The notes under the pieces were generated by a model. The model did no database searches and had not been told where the DNA came from. It saw only the letters and a program-made list of their open reading frames with translations. 64,000 nt of DNA from a virus: positions 64,001 to 128,000 of the IMG/VR virus record IMGVR_UViG_3300028920_000035. One strand, written 5' to 3'. A program made the position numbers and the translations under genes. Below, in pieces: positions 39,402 to 48,156 of this stretch (the stretch's first letter is position 1; every line of letters begins with the position of its first letter).

Positions 39402-39572
39402 ATGATTGTCAAATTCACCGTCGCGAGAAACGGAGAGACCAAGACCGAGGTCGTCGACAGGGAAGGCCAGAACTGTAAAAACGTCTTGAAGGTCACGCAG
39501 GCACTCGGCAAGGAAAAATCTCACGAAATAACCGGCCCCGATTGTGATAAGGTCGATGAGGCACAGCTTTGA
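39402..39572 (+). CDS. DUF2997-like small protein (56 aa, absent from the ORF track)
   Basis: MIVKFTVARNGETKTEVVDREGQNCKNVLKVTQALG...; AGGAG RBS; adjacent to DUF1257 and AAA genes. Confidence 0.7.
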   Translation: MIVKFTVARNGETKTEVVDREGQNCKNVLKVTQALGKEKSHEITGPDCDKVDEAQL

Positions 39573-39603
39573 AGTAAGACGCCACAGCTTGAAGGGAGAC
39601 AAC

Positions 39604-39942
39604 ATGTCACATCGAGTAGTTACCACAACGAACATTACAGATAAGAAGATCGCCACCATGGCGCTCAACAAGAAGGGATGGGCCTTCGTCGACGAAGGTA
39701 CTTCCCTCCGCATCACCAGCGGCCCGATGGATCGCGCGACGATCAACCTCAAGACGGGGGAGGTCGTTGGGGACAGCGACTTCCACGGATACAGCCGCGG
39801 GACGGGAAACAGCTCGCTCGAAGCCCTGAACCAGGAGTACGCGGTTCAGAAGATTCGCGCCACTGTCCGGAAGCAGGGTGGTACCATCCAGAGCCAGAAG
39901 ACGGTCGGCGAGCAGGTCATCTTGATGGCTCACATGGCCTGA
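39604..39942 (+). CDS. DUF1257 (Ycf35-like) protein
   Basis: MSHRVVTTTNITD...AL..GW...GDSD...LNQEYAVQKI..GG.I; GGGAG RBS. Confidence 0.7.
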   Translation: MSHRVVTTTNITDKKIATMALNKKGWAFVDEGTSLRITSGPMDRATINLKTGEVVGDSDFHGYSRGTGNSSLEALNQEYAVQKIRATVRKQGGTIQSQKTVGEQVILMAHMA

Positions 39943-39969
39943 ACCCCAGCTGGTCGTCCAAGCCCGCGA

Positions 39970-40007
39970 GAACCCCGCTCTGGAAACAGTGTGGGGTTCG
40001 TTGTGTC
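39970..40007 (+). terminator. Putative intrinsic terminator / GNRA hairpin
   Basis: GAACCCCGCTCTG-GAAA-CAGTGTGGGGTTC stem followed by GTTGTGT. Confidence 0.55.
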
Positions 40008-40062
40008 TGGACCCCCAAAAAAGAGTACTGGACTTTCAACTTCTACCTTTCGATGAACCAAA

Positions 40063-40073
40063 CGGTGTAAAGG
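40063..40073 (+). promoter_or_regulatory. Class A promoter CGGTG-TAAAGG, 6 nt before ATG 40080
   Basis: Motif match; no SD. Confidence 0.6.
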
Positions 40074-40079
40074 GTCGAC

Positions 40080-41663
40080 ATGAGCATCCCCGAGGCATTG
40101 AATCTGCACCTGCACGCTCTCACTCGCTGCATCTACTACGTCACCGAGGAAGAAGACCAATTTCTCCTCAAGTTTCGTGACAAGCTCGATGCCGGCAAGG
40201 TTAAGAAGTCACAAAAGGCTTTTGTCTTCTCCGCCACTCACGGTTTAATTGGCTTGGAGCAGATGATCAAGGATTGGAGCACCCGCGCCCACCACGAGAG
40301 CGAAGAAGTGGGTGACATCCACGAAGCTCTCGTCCGCGCTTACCGTGACAACCCTGAGGATAAGATCAACTTCTATATCATCACAGACCCGGACCGGTGG
40401 TTGCAGGATCCCCACGTCGTCCGCCGTATACTGAACATCATCCATCAGCTCCACAACGATCTGCGCACCATCAAGGTGCTCATTTTCGTGGGGCCTCGGC
40501 TCTACATTCCCGAGAAACTTCAGAGGTATATTGAAGTCATCACCGACTCAGGCTTGACTGACGAGGAGATTCAGGCGCAGATTGACGACATCTGCGGCCA
40601 ACTCCGCATCGAATCCCCCGCAGGATCGGCCAAGCATTTCCGTGGCCTGACCTCCTATGAGGTCAACAGCGCCATCGCGCAGTCGATCGTCAGGACGCGC
40701 AGAGATCCACCCAAGCGCATCGAGCCGCGCATCGTTGGTGAGTTCAAGCGGGCCCAGCTGAACAAGACCGACCTGGTGAGCTACGTGGATGTGGCAGACT
40801 ACACGTTCGATGCGGTAGGTGGTCTCCAACGCTTCAAGAAGTGGGCCACAAAGAACCATGCCTGTTGGACCACTGAGGGTCAGAAGTACGGTCTCACACC
40901 ACCCAAAGGGGTGCTCGCCGTGGGGGTATGGGGGTGTGGTAAGAGCATCAGCATGAAGGCACTGGCCAATGCTTGGCGGCTCCCTCTCATCCAGCTCGAA
41001 ATGGGCAAGCTTCGTAGCTCGGGCGTCGGTGAGACAGAGGCCAACACCTACCGTGCCATTCGGCTGATCGAGGCTGTAGCCCCTTGCTTGCTTTGGATCG
41101 ATGAGGCCGAGAAGTCCCTGAGCGGATCCCATTCATCGAGCTACTCGGACTCTGGCACCACCTCGCGCGTCGTCGGAATCTGGTCGAACTGGCTCCAGGA
41201 GACGAACGCCCAAGTGTGCATGGCAATGACGGCCAACTCGCTGGCCACCCTTCCCGTGGAGTTCGTCAACCGCATGGACGAGCGGTTCTTCTTCGACTTG
41301 CCCGTCGAGGAAGAGCGGGTCGACATCCTGAAGATCCACATCGCTGCCAAGGGACAGGACCCGTCCACATACAAGCTCGCCAAGCTGGCCGAGGCCGCCA
41401 GCCAGATGGTTGGACGTGAGATCATGCAGGCGGTCAATGCGGCCATGACCGAGAGCTTCGACCAGGACAAGCCGAATCTCGACGGCGAGATCTTGGAGGC
41501 CGAGTTGCGGAACAAGCCGCGTATCTTCAAGACGATGATCGACGAGGTTCGGGAAATTTTAGATTGGGTCGGCTACGACGAGGAACGTGGGGACGGTATC
41601 CGGGCCCGCATGGCGTCCGAGTTCCGGGGTGATAGCTTCAAGTTCGTGAGCGGCGGCGGCTGA
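40080..41663 (+). CDS. Ycf46-like AAA+ ATPase
   Basis: Degenerate N-terminal AAA; VGGLQRFKKW; PKGVLAVGVWGCGKS; LLWIDEAEK; MTAN; RMDERFFFDLP. Confidence 0.88.
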   Translation: MSIPEALNLHLHALTRCIYYVTEEEDQFLLKFRDKLDAGKVKKSQKAFVFSATHGLIGLEQMIKDWSTRAHHESEEVGDIHEALVRAYRDNPEDKINFYIITDPDRWLQDPHVVRRILNIIHQLHNDLRTIKVLIFVGPRLYIPEKLQRYIEVITDSGLTDEEIQAQIDDICGQLRIESPAGSAKHFRGLTSYEVNSAIAQSIVRTRRDPPKRIEPRIVGEFKRAQLNKTDLVSYVDVADYTFDAVGGLQRFKKWATKNHACWTTEGQKYGLTPPKGVLAVGVWGCGKSISMKALANAWRLPLIQLEMGKLRSSGVGETEANTYRAIRLIEAVAPCLLWIDEAEKSLSGSHSSSYSDSGTTSRVVGIWSNWLQETNAQVCMAMTANSLATLPVEFVNRMDERFFFDLPVEEERVDILKIHIAAKGQDPSTYKLAKLAEAASQMVGREIMQAVNAAMTESFDQDKPNLDGEILEAELRNKPRIFKTMIDEVREILDWVGYDEERGDGIRARMASEFRGDSFKFVSGGG

Positions 41664-42841
41664 TGCCCGGAGACGACGACCTACTAGAGCGGTACAAGCC
41701 ACAGGACATCCAGTCCACGGCAGACCCTGACCCCGAGCTGCTGCTCGACGGTCGGGCTGCCATCATGGGCGATCAAGAGACCCGCCGCTCTTTGTGCGAG
41801 GGGCGGGAGACTGGACAGGCCCGCACCGATTTACGGGACAACCTGGCCCTCCAGCTCGCCTCCCATTGGCATGGTGAGGTCGGCCTAGACTCGTGCATCG
41901 AGGTCGCGACATACCTCGTGGATGAGTACCTGACGCTCGGGGAGGGCATTTTCCTGATCAACCGCGCCACGGGCAAGGTCGAGGCTCAACTCAGCGAAGA
42001 CGACCTTTACAAGCCGAACCCCGTCCCGCGCGAAGATGGCACGCTCGCCCAGCCTCTGGCCCGCATTCGGCCCAACATCCTGTCCAACCTCGCCGTTTGG
42101 GTGGGGGACCGCGAGCGCGAGTCCCGCATCTTGGCAGAACTCTCCCGTCGGGCCAACCTCACGCCCCTGTTGGAGCAGGAGGGCGACCAACGGCTCCAGG
42201 TCGCCTCCAGACGCGGCCGGGCCCAGATAGTGGCCGAGGTAGCCCAGAACTCTCCCGCACGGCTTTTGGGCTCGTTGAGTGGCCCCCTGGGGGCCTTCAC
42301 GCGCCGCTTTCCGGTAATCAACACTTTGCCGGACCACACAGAGTATCTGGTGGAGGTCACGGGAGAGACTCTGGCTCGTACGCGTCAGGGCGTCCAAGAC
42401 CCACTCACGACCAACTTGGCCTACTCGCCCTCCACTCAACTGCGATCCTCTCTACCGGCCAACTGGCTGAGACAAGTGCTCAAACTGTTCGCCGAAACAG
42501 CTCACCGGCAATCTCCGCCGGGTGCTATCCCCTTGAGCCAGCTGACTCGCCAAGATCTGGCTGATGCGGATCTCTGGATTGTGGACCCCAACCTGATGCA
42601 GGCGTTCCGGGAACTCGACCCCAAGCTCATCCTCATCCCCATTCCGGGGGCGCCTCCGCTTGGCATCGAGCCAGGGGAGACCGGGTGGCTTCAGGTGCCG
42701 AACGCTTTCACGGCCGCGAGTCGCGAGATGTTTGATCGGTGGCAGGTTGAAGCTGGGCTTCAGGTAACCCTTTGGTACAATCCAGACTTTATCAACCTGC
42801 TGGAGATCTCCGACATCCCCCAGCAGGCACAGGTGATCTGA
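41663..42841 (+). CDS. Hypothetical protein (weak resemblance to a capsid-protein paralog)
   Basis: Coupled ORF (TGATG); see findings. Confidence 0.5.
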   Translation: MPGDDDLLERYKPQDIQSTADPDPELLLDGRAAIMGDQETRRSLCEGRETGQARTDLRDNLALQLASHWHGEVGLDSCIEVATYLVDEYLTLGEGIFLINRATGKVEAQLSEDDLYKPNPVPREDGTLAQPLARIRPNILSNLAVWVGDRERESRILAELSRRANLTPLLEQEGDQRLQVASRRGRAQIVAEVAQNSPARLLGSLSGPLGAFTRRFPVINTLPDHTEYLVEVTGETLARTRQGVQDPLTTNLAYSPSTQLRSSLPANWLRQVLKLFAETAHRQSPPGAIPLSQLTRQDLADADLWIVDPNLMQAFRELDPKLILIPIPGAPPLGIEPGETGWLQVPNAFTAASREMFDRWQVEAGLQVTLWYNPDFINLLEISDIPQQAQVI

Positions 42842-43131
42842 TGCAAGGAACCCAAGAAGCTGTTGATTTCCTCCAGAATTTCGCCAAGGCGATGCAAGTG
42901 CCCTACATCGAGGGTCACCTTACGTCCAAGAAGTCTGAAGCCACCTGTACCCGCAACTACTCGACCCTGGAACGGACCTTGGCGGCCGTGAAAGCTGAGC
43001 GCCTGAAGCAGCTCTGGTACCACGAACCAACTCGGTCCGTGGTCATGGGGACCATGAGCAACAACCGGTACAGCATCCTGTACACTGAATTTCGAGCCAA
43101 GATCAGCCTGATTCGGAAGGTTTTTAGCTAA
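42841..43131 (+). CDS. Hypothetical protein
   Basis: TGATG coupling; start at ATG 42841. Confidence 0.5.
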   Translation: MQGTQEAVDFLQNFAKAMQVPYIEGHLTSKKSEATCTRNYSTLERTLAAVKAERLKQLWYHEPTRSVVMGTMSNNRYSILYTEFRAKISLIRKVFS

Positions 43132-43523
43132 TGGCCGACCTCTTCATCCGCCTAGCTCGCACGCTGTCTAACGAGGCCCAGGTGGGGTATGCTGAAGACA
43201 ACGAGTACGCTGATGATGACGAGGGCGCGGCGACGGTGGGGTCCAGCTTCGAGCGGAGTCTCGCTGTCGTCCAGCACGGTGGGGTCCGAGGCATGTGGTT
43301 TCACGTCCCAACCCAGCGGCTTGTCGTCAGCATGGTCAACTTCATTGGGGAAGGACCTGAGTTACGTGTCCTCTCCCGCGTGGCGTTTACTCCCCAGGAG
43401 ATGGTGGACAACTACTACAAGATCAGGGACGCCTTAGGTGTTCGCTTGGAAATGCCTTGGGGCAATGAGGTCCGGGCGGAGTTGCTCACCGAAGCAAAAG
43501 GAGTGCTCAGTGCCAAGTCATGA
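43131..43523 (+). CDS. Hypothetical protein
   Basis: TAATG coupling. Confidence 0.5.
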   Translation: MADLFIRLARTLSNEAQVGYAEDNEYADDDEGAATVGSSFERSLAVVQHGGVRGMWFHVPTQRLVVSMVNFIGEGPELRVLSRVAFTPQEMVDNYYKIRDALGVRLEMPWGNEVRAELLTEAKGVLSAKS

Positions 43524-43908
43524 AGAGGCACAAGCTATCGTCGAGACCCAAAACCACATCATCCTGGTGCGCAATCTGCTCAACTTCGCGGCCATGGAGC
43601 TGTTGCGGCGGGGGGAGGTCCACGACCAGAGCAAGCTGGTCGAACCCGAGCTTTCGACGTTCATCGAGTACACACCACGCCTGAAGGGGATGACCTACCA
43701 GAGCGCCGAGTATCAGCAGTGCCTGGCCGAGATGACACCCGCGCTCGAACACCATTACGCTAACAACCGACACCACCCTCAACATTTTGAGGATGGTGTG
43801 GACGGGATGAATGTCCTCGACCTTCTGGAGATGTTCCTCGATTGGTACGCCTCGACCAAGCGACACGATGACGGCCGCCCGTTCGACGAGGGACTGGTGA
43901 AGAGGTAA
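43510..43908 (+). CDS. DUF5662-like HD-type metal-binding protein
   Basis: HDQSKL.EPE...ALEHHY.NNRHHP.HF..G..GM..LD.LEM..DW; AGGAG RBS. Confidence 0.75.
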   Translation: MPSHEEAQAIVETQNHIILVRNLLNFAAMELLRRGEVHDQSKLVEPELSTFIEYTPRLKGMTYQSAEYQQCLAEMTPALEHHYANNRHHPQHFEDGVDGMNVLDLLEMFLDWYASTKRHDDGRPFDEGLVKR

Positions 43909-43915
43909 GTCTGGT

Positions 43916-44113
43916 ATGGCAGGTTGCTACTCGTTCGTCGTTTGCTCCAAGACGCCCGTGGGCATCGAGAAGCCCATGGTGCTCCTGGACGAGGGCGTGC
44001 AGGTGTTCACGGCCTTCGTTGATGACCTTGAAGAGTTCAAAAAGCGGCTGGAATCGGAAGGGGTCGAGATCCGCAATGTGAACTGTCTCGACGGTTTGGG
44101 GTCCCGAACTTAG
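43916..44113 (+). CDS. Small hypothetical protein
   Basis: GAGG RBS; co-oriented with neighbours. Confidence 0.45.
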   Translation: MAGCYSFVVCSKTPVGIEKPMVLLDEGVQVFTAFVDDLEEFKKRLESEGVEIRNVNCLDGLGSRT

Positions 44114-44122
44114 GGAAACATC

Positions 44123-44383
44123 ATGTCCAAGCTCGCCAAGCTCGCATCCTTCATGCAGGTGCCCAAGAGCATCCCGGTAGCCGTCTGTGCCAAAGGTGTT
44201 GTCTTACCTGTCGGTAGGTACTTGATTTTTGACGACAGCGTCATGCCGGTTACTCGTGAAGTAGCAACCGTTGATAACGGGAAGGTCATGGTGGATAAGG
44301 TTGTTTCTGATGGATTTCATAAGTGGCGAGTTCGAACCATACGGTATGGGGAGCTTGAGGTGTCGTTTAGAGATCAGGATTGA
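44123..44383 (+). CDS. Small hypothetical protein
   Basis: AGGGA RBS; co-oriented with neighbours. Confidence 0.45.
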   Translation: MSKLAKLASFMQVPKSIPVAVCAKGVVLPVGRYLIFDDSVMPVTREVATVDNGKVMVDKVVSDGFHKWRVRTIRYGELEVSFRDQD

Positions 44384-46196
44384 AGTCCGCGGGGGCGATG
44401 AGCATCTGAAGGTGCTCGGGCATCGCTCCGCTGGCGACCATGTTCTGCATGAGGCGCTCGGTCTGAGCCATCCCGCCCTGGTCAGGGGGTACGGCTTTCA
44501 CGGGGGCGGGGAGGATGTGGGCCAGATAGAATGCCTCTTCGAGAGTGAGGAAGCTAGGGGACTTGTCGAACCTCCGCTTCGAGCCCGCGGCGATGCCGTA
44601 AGTCTCGGGCCCGAACTCGATGACGTTCAGGTACAACTCCAGGATTTCACGCTTGGAAAGGCACCCCTCCAGCATCCAGGCTAGGAGGACCTCCCGCGCC
44701 TTGCGCTGGATGGTCTGATGGCGGGTCAGCCACAGGTTTCGCACGAGCTGCATGGTGATAGTCGAGCCCCCACGAACGATGGAGTCAGCCTCGACGTTCT
44801 GCTTAAGCGAGTTGTTGATGGCCAAGAGATGAACCCCTTTGTGGTGAAGGAAGCCGGGGTCTTCGAGTGCAATGAACACGTCGGGGACATGGGGAGGGAG
44901 AAGCCCTAGCGGAGTCCACCCCTTCGTGCCAGGGCCCGTCTCCCGAAGGTAGCGATCCGCCCCATTGGCCTTGTAGACGCTTTGCTTGAAGGAGCGCTTG
45001 AGGTTAGCAATGAGAGCGTGATCACACCGCAGCTTGCAATCCTGTTCGATCTTGAGCTGGGGCGACATCGTCACTGTCGCGGTGAGGTGGCCTGAGACCG
45101 CGTTGCCCAAGGAGTAGTCCGCCAAGTCCCCCGATACCGGTCCTGGGAGGTTTCGGAGCCAGCCCGCACAAGGGGCAGTGGCACTGAGCTGCCCATCCTG
45201 AACTTGTACGTGGATGGCCTCATCATCGCCAATCTGAATGCTGATGCCGGCTTGCCGCCACCGATTGGGGTCCGCTAGTACCTTGACGTGGTTGATGTCG
45301 GCCGCCAGTACCTTGACGTGGTTGATGTCGGCCGCCGTCAAGACCGTACCCGCTCGGTTGACCCTCCGCGTTTTGAAAAGAGGGTGGTTGGTCCGAACAG
45401 TGCGGGCCCAAATTTGGTATCCGCTGGTGTCAGGGTTGCCATTGTCGATGACGCTGAGACGAAGGTCATCGAATGCCCACAGGGGTCCTTGTTTCATGGG
45501 TTCAGGTAGGGAACTCTCCACCTGAACCGACTCAGCTCGTAGCATGAGGCGCTCGGTTTGAGAGCTCAGCGCTTCGTCAATGTCGAGAACGGGCACCGAG
45601 ATGTGTTCGAGCACGACCCGGCTGGGTTCGAAATACAGGAGCTTGCTCCAGCGCTCAGGAAGCTTGAGCCGATTAGGGTCAATTCGCGTGACAGCACGTT
45701 CGACCTTGATGGCCCGCTCCTTTTGGTCATAGCTCCCCCGCCTCAAGGTGACCTCACCCTTCGGGTGGGTGACTCGGGCCGCATTGAAAGTCACCGCGTC
45801 GGCGGTCACATCGAGGTCGGAGCTGTGGAAGGTGAGACTTCCCCGACGCACCGTTGCGTCGAGGTCATATGCCTCAATACTCAGCCCGCGTTGTGCCCCG
45901 CCCGGTGTAGAGCTGGGTTTGGTAAGCGTCAGATCGATCTTACCACCTTGGATTGTAACCTTCTTGTCGGCACTGACGTGCACGTACTTCAGGGTCGCGG
46001 TCAACCCAGGTCGTTCGACGACAACACCTTCACACTCGACGGAGCGGTCCCAGGAGACGTTGAGCTGCTCGATGCTCTTCACTTCTGGGTACTCTTGCAG
46101 CACGTAGTGACGTGCCAACGGATTGACCGCAGCTATTGCAACAACCGTAAAGGCCACCAGGATGGTGGCCACCAAGATCAGCTTGAGTCTACTCAT
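44367..46196 (-). CDS. Peptidoglycan glycosyltransferase (GT51) with N-terminal membrane anchor; no transpeptidase domain
   Basis: MSRLKLILVATILVAF anchor; GT51 motifs ALEDPGFLHHKG, GGSTITMQLVRN, RKARE, SKREILELYLN, YGIAAGS. Confidence 0.88.
   Translation of the reverse strand: MSRLKLILVATILVAFTVVAIAAVNPLARHYVLQEYPEVKSIEQLNVSWDRSVECEGVVVERPGLTATLKYVHVSADKKVTIQGGKIDLTLTKPSSTPGGAQRGLSIEAYDLDATVRRGSLTFHSSDLDVTADAVTFNAARVTHPKGEVTLRRGSYDQKERAIKVERAVTRIDPNRLKLPERWSKLLYFEPSRVVLEHISVPVLDIDEALSSQTERLMLRAESVQVESSLPEPMKQGPLWAFDDLRLSVIDNGNPDTSGYQIWARTVRTNHPLFKTRRVNRAGTVLTAADINHVKVLAADINHVKVLADPNRWRQAGISIQIGDDEAIHVQVQDGQLSATAPCAGWLRNLPGPVSGDLADYSLGNAVSGHLTATVTMSPQLKIEQDCKLRCDHALIANLKRSFKQSVYKANGADRYLRETGPGTKGWTPLGLLPPHVPDVFIALEDPGFLHHKGVHLLAINNSLKQNVEADSIVRGGSTITMQLVRNLWLTRHQTIQRKAREVLLAWMLEGCLSKREILELYLNVIEFGPETYGIAAGSKRRFDKSPSFLTLEEAFYLAHILPAPVKAVPPDQGGMAQTERLMQNMVASGAMPEHLQMLIAPADFNPDL
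45277..45336 (+). repeat. Perfect 2 x 30-nt in-frame tandem duplication in the transglycosylase gene
   Basis: AGTACCTTGACGTGGTTGATGTCGGCCGCC twice; encodes (AADINHVKVL)2. Confidence 0.95.
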
Positions 46197-46223
46197 GCTT
46201 ACATCCCTATACTGGAAAGACCA

Positions 46224-46643
46224 ATGCCCAACTTCATAGCAGTAGAACTGAAGGATGGCGAACACCCCTTACCCATTGTGGGGGAGTTCACCCACCTGGC
46301 CCACCGAAAAGGGGTCATCTTCAGAGAGACCGAAACCCTTGGGGTCATGACCCTTGGGTCGAGGCGATTCCTGCGTTGTCGGACGGATTGCTACCGCCTC
46401 GAAGAGCTGGCCGCCGAAATGGTGACCACTGGAGGAAGAGCCATGGTCATACCCAAAGGTTCAGGAGGTTACACGATTCTCTTGCCCGGTGGTAGAACTG
46501 GGTCCGTCCCAGGGACTACCATGCAGGCCGTACCCCTTCCCGCTCAGCGGGTACAGTACCGAGGGCCAAAACTCAAGTTCTGGGAGCGGCAGTTCCCAAG
46601 CCCCCGTGAGCCTCTCAATCGTGGGCCGCAAGAAGAAAAATAA
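46224..46643 (+). CDS. Hypothetical protein
   Basis: MPNFIAVELKDG...; divergent from the GT51 gene; TATACT at 46208. Confidence 0.55.
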   Translation: MPNFIAVELKDGEHPLPIVGEFTHLAHRKGVIFRETETLGVMTLGSRRFLRCRTDCYRLEELAAEMVTTGGRAMVIPKGSGGYTILLPGGRTGSVPGTTMQAVPLPAQRVQYRGPKLKFWERQFPSPREPLNRGPQEEK

Positions 46644-46661
46644 CATGACCGGTCACAAGGC

Positions 46662-46672
46662 CGGTGTAAAGT
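46662..46672 (+). promoter_or_regulatory. Class A promoter CGGTG-TAAAGT, 5 nt before clpX ATG
   Basis: Motif match; no SD; palindrome TGACCGGTCA at 46646-46655. Confidence 0.65.
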
Positions 46673-46677
46673 GAATC

Positions 46678-47940
46678 ATGCCTGATAAACGTTGCAGTTT
46701 CTGCGGGCGACCCGCAAACGAGGTCAAAAGTTTGATCGCAGCGGCTGACGACGGCCCCTTCATCTGCGACCGGTGTATTGGCCGGGCCGGCCAGAGGATC
46801 GCTCAGTCCAGCAAGACTGAGGGTGACGGTGAGGGGCGCAAGCCGCTGCCCTCACCTCGGGAGCTGAAAGCCCATCTCGACGACTACGTGATTTCCCAGG
46901 AGACAGCCAAGATCGTGCTGTCGTCGGCCTTCTACAAACACTATCTGCGGCGCGAGGCCACACGAAGGGGGGCCCTACCGGGGGCCAGCGAGGCCGAGCC
47001 TGAGAAGTCCAACGTCGTCTTGGCGGGGCCGAGCGGCTGTGGCAAGACCCAGTGTGCACGGGCCATTGCTAAGAAGCTGGGAGTCCCATTCTACGTGGGC
47101 GACGCAACTACCTTGACCCAGGCGGGGTATGTCGGGGCGGATGTTGAGTCACTTCTTCAGGGGCTGATCGCAGAGGCCGGTAACGACGTTGAGAAAGCCC
47201 AGTGGGGCATCATCTTCCTCGACGAGGGTGACAAACTCGCCCGTAAGTCGGGGCGGGGGTCCACGGGCTACCGAGACGTGACAGGGGAGGGCGTCCAGCA
47301 GGCGCTACTTAAGCTCGTCGAGGGGTCGAAGGTGAACGTCCCTCGCGGCATGGCTCGGATGATCTCGACCAACCAGGAGTCGGACATGATCGACACAACC
47401 AACATCCTGTTCGTCTTCGCGGGTTCATTTGCAGGCATCGAGGAAATTGTTGGCCAGCGGCTCAACAAGAATACCGGAGTGGGGTTCGGCAAGGACAGTA
47501 AGCGCGACTTCACGTCGCGCGAGGTCTACGAGAACATCACGGACGAGGACATTTTGGAGTTCGGGATCATCCCCGAGCTGGCGGGTCGCCTGCCCGTAGT
47601 GACCAGTGTGTTGCCGCTCACACAGGACGAGATGTACCGGATCCTGACCGAGACCAAGGACGCCTTGGTCAAGCAATTCCGTTTCCAGTTCCGTCTGGAT
47701 CGAATCGACCTCCAGTTTGAAGAAGCCGCGCTGCGGGAGATTGCCAAGCAGGCGTGTGATAGTCCCAAGGGCGCCCGCGCGTTGCGGGGTATCGTCGAAA
47801 AAGCCCTGGCCCCCTACGTTTTCGCGTTTGCGGGCCCTAACTCGGAAGCAAGCCGCATTGTCGTGACCGAAGCTCTCATCAAGGGCGAGGGTGAGGCCCT
47901 CGTCACACGACGCGCGCATGCTGTGGCTGCACAGGCGTAG
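46678..47940 (+). CDS. clpX: ClpX ATP-dependent unfoldase
   Basis: C4 Zn finger CSFCG..ICDRC; GPSGCGKT; GYVG pore loop; [14 protein letters not shown]; VGF ClpP-docking loop; GARALR. Confidence 0.95.
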   Translation: MPDKRCSFCGRPANEVKSLIAAADDGPFICDRCIGRAGQRIAQSSKTEGDGEGRKPLPSPRELKAHLDDYVISQETAKIVLSSAFYKHYLRREATRRGALPGASEAEPEKSNVVLAGPSGCGKTQCARAIAKKLGVPFYVGDATTLTQAGYVGADVESLLQGLIAEAGNDVEKAQWGIIFLDEGDKLARKSGRGSTGYRDVTGEGVQQALLKLVEGSKVNVPRGMARMISTNQESDMIDTTNILFVFAGSFAGIEEIVGQRLNKNTGVGFGKDSKRDFTSREVYENITDEDILEFGIIPELAGRLPVVTSVLPLTQDEMYRILTETKDALVKQFRFQFRLDRIDLQFEEAALREIAKQACDSPKGARALRGIVEKALAPYVFAFAGPNSEASRIVVTEALIKGEGEALVTRRAHAVAAQA

Positions 47941-47945
47941 ACCCA

Positions 47946-48131
47946 ATGATCGGAGCGAGTGCGGGTCCTTACTACGCCCGACTCAGACTTGGCCGTCTGA
48001 GGATTCATTGGATTTTCCCGTGGGGCTGGGTGTATAACTGGCGATCCTATCTTTGGGAGTATACCCCTGACGACGGAACGTGGTTCGTACGCGTCGTGGG
48101 CGTGGAGATCAGCTGGGTTCGTCGCGAGTAG
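47946..48131 (+). CDS. Small Trp-rich hypothetical protein
   Basis: Fills the gap after clpX. Confidence 0.35.
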   Translation: MIGASAGPYYARLRLGRLRIHWIFPWGWVYNWRSYLWEYTPDDGTWFVRVVGVEISWVRRE

Positions 48132-48140
48132 TCTTTTTGT
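48129..48140 (+). promoter_or_regulatory. Class B element TAGTCTTTTTGT, 16 nt before ATG 48157
   Basis: Motif and spacing match. Confidence 0.55.
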
Positions 48141-48156
48141 GGGACGTGCCCCAGTG

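Noticed and set aside
45558-46223. 5' part of the 361-aa plus-strand ORF
   Set aside because: Antisense shadow of the GT51 gene; only 46224-46643 is credible.
45903-46777. CGGTGTA at 45903 and 46771
   Set aside because: Both lie inside coding sequence with no suitably placed start; treated as chance matches.
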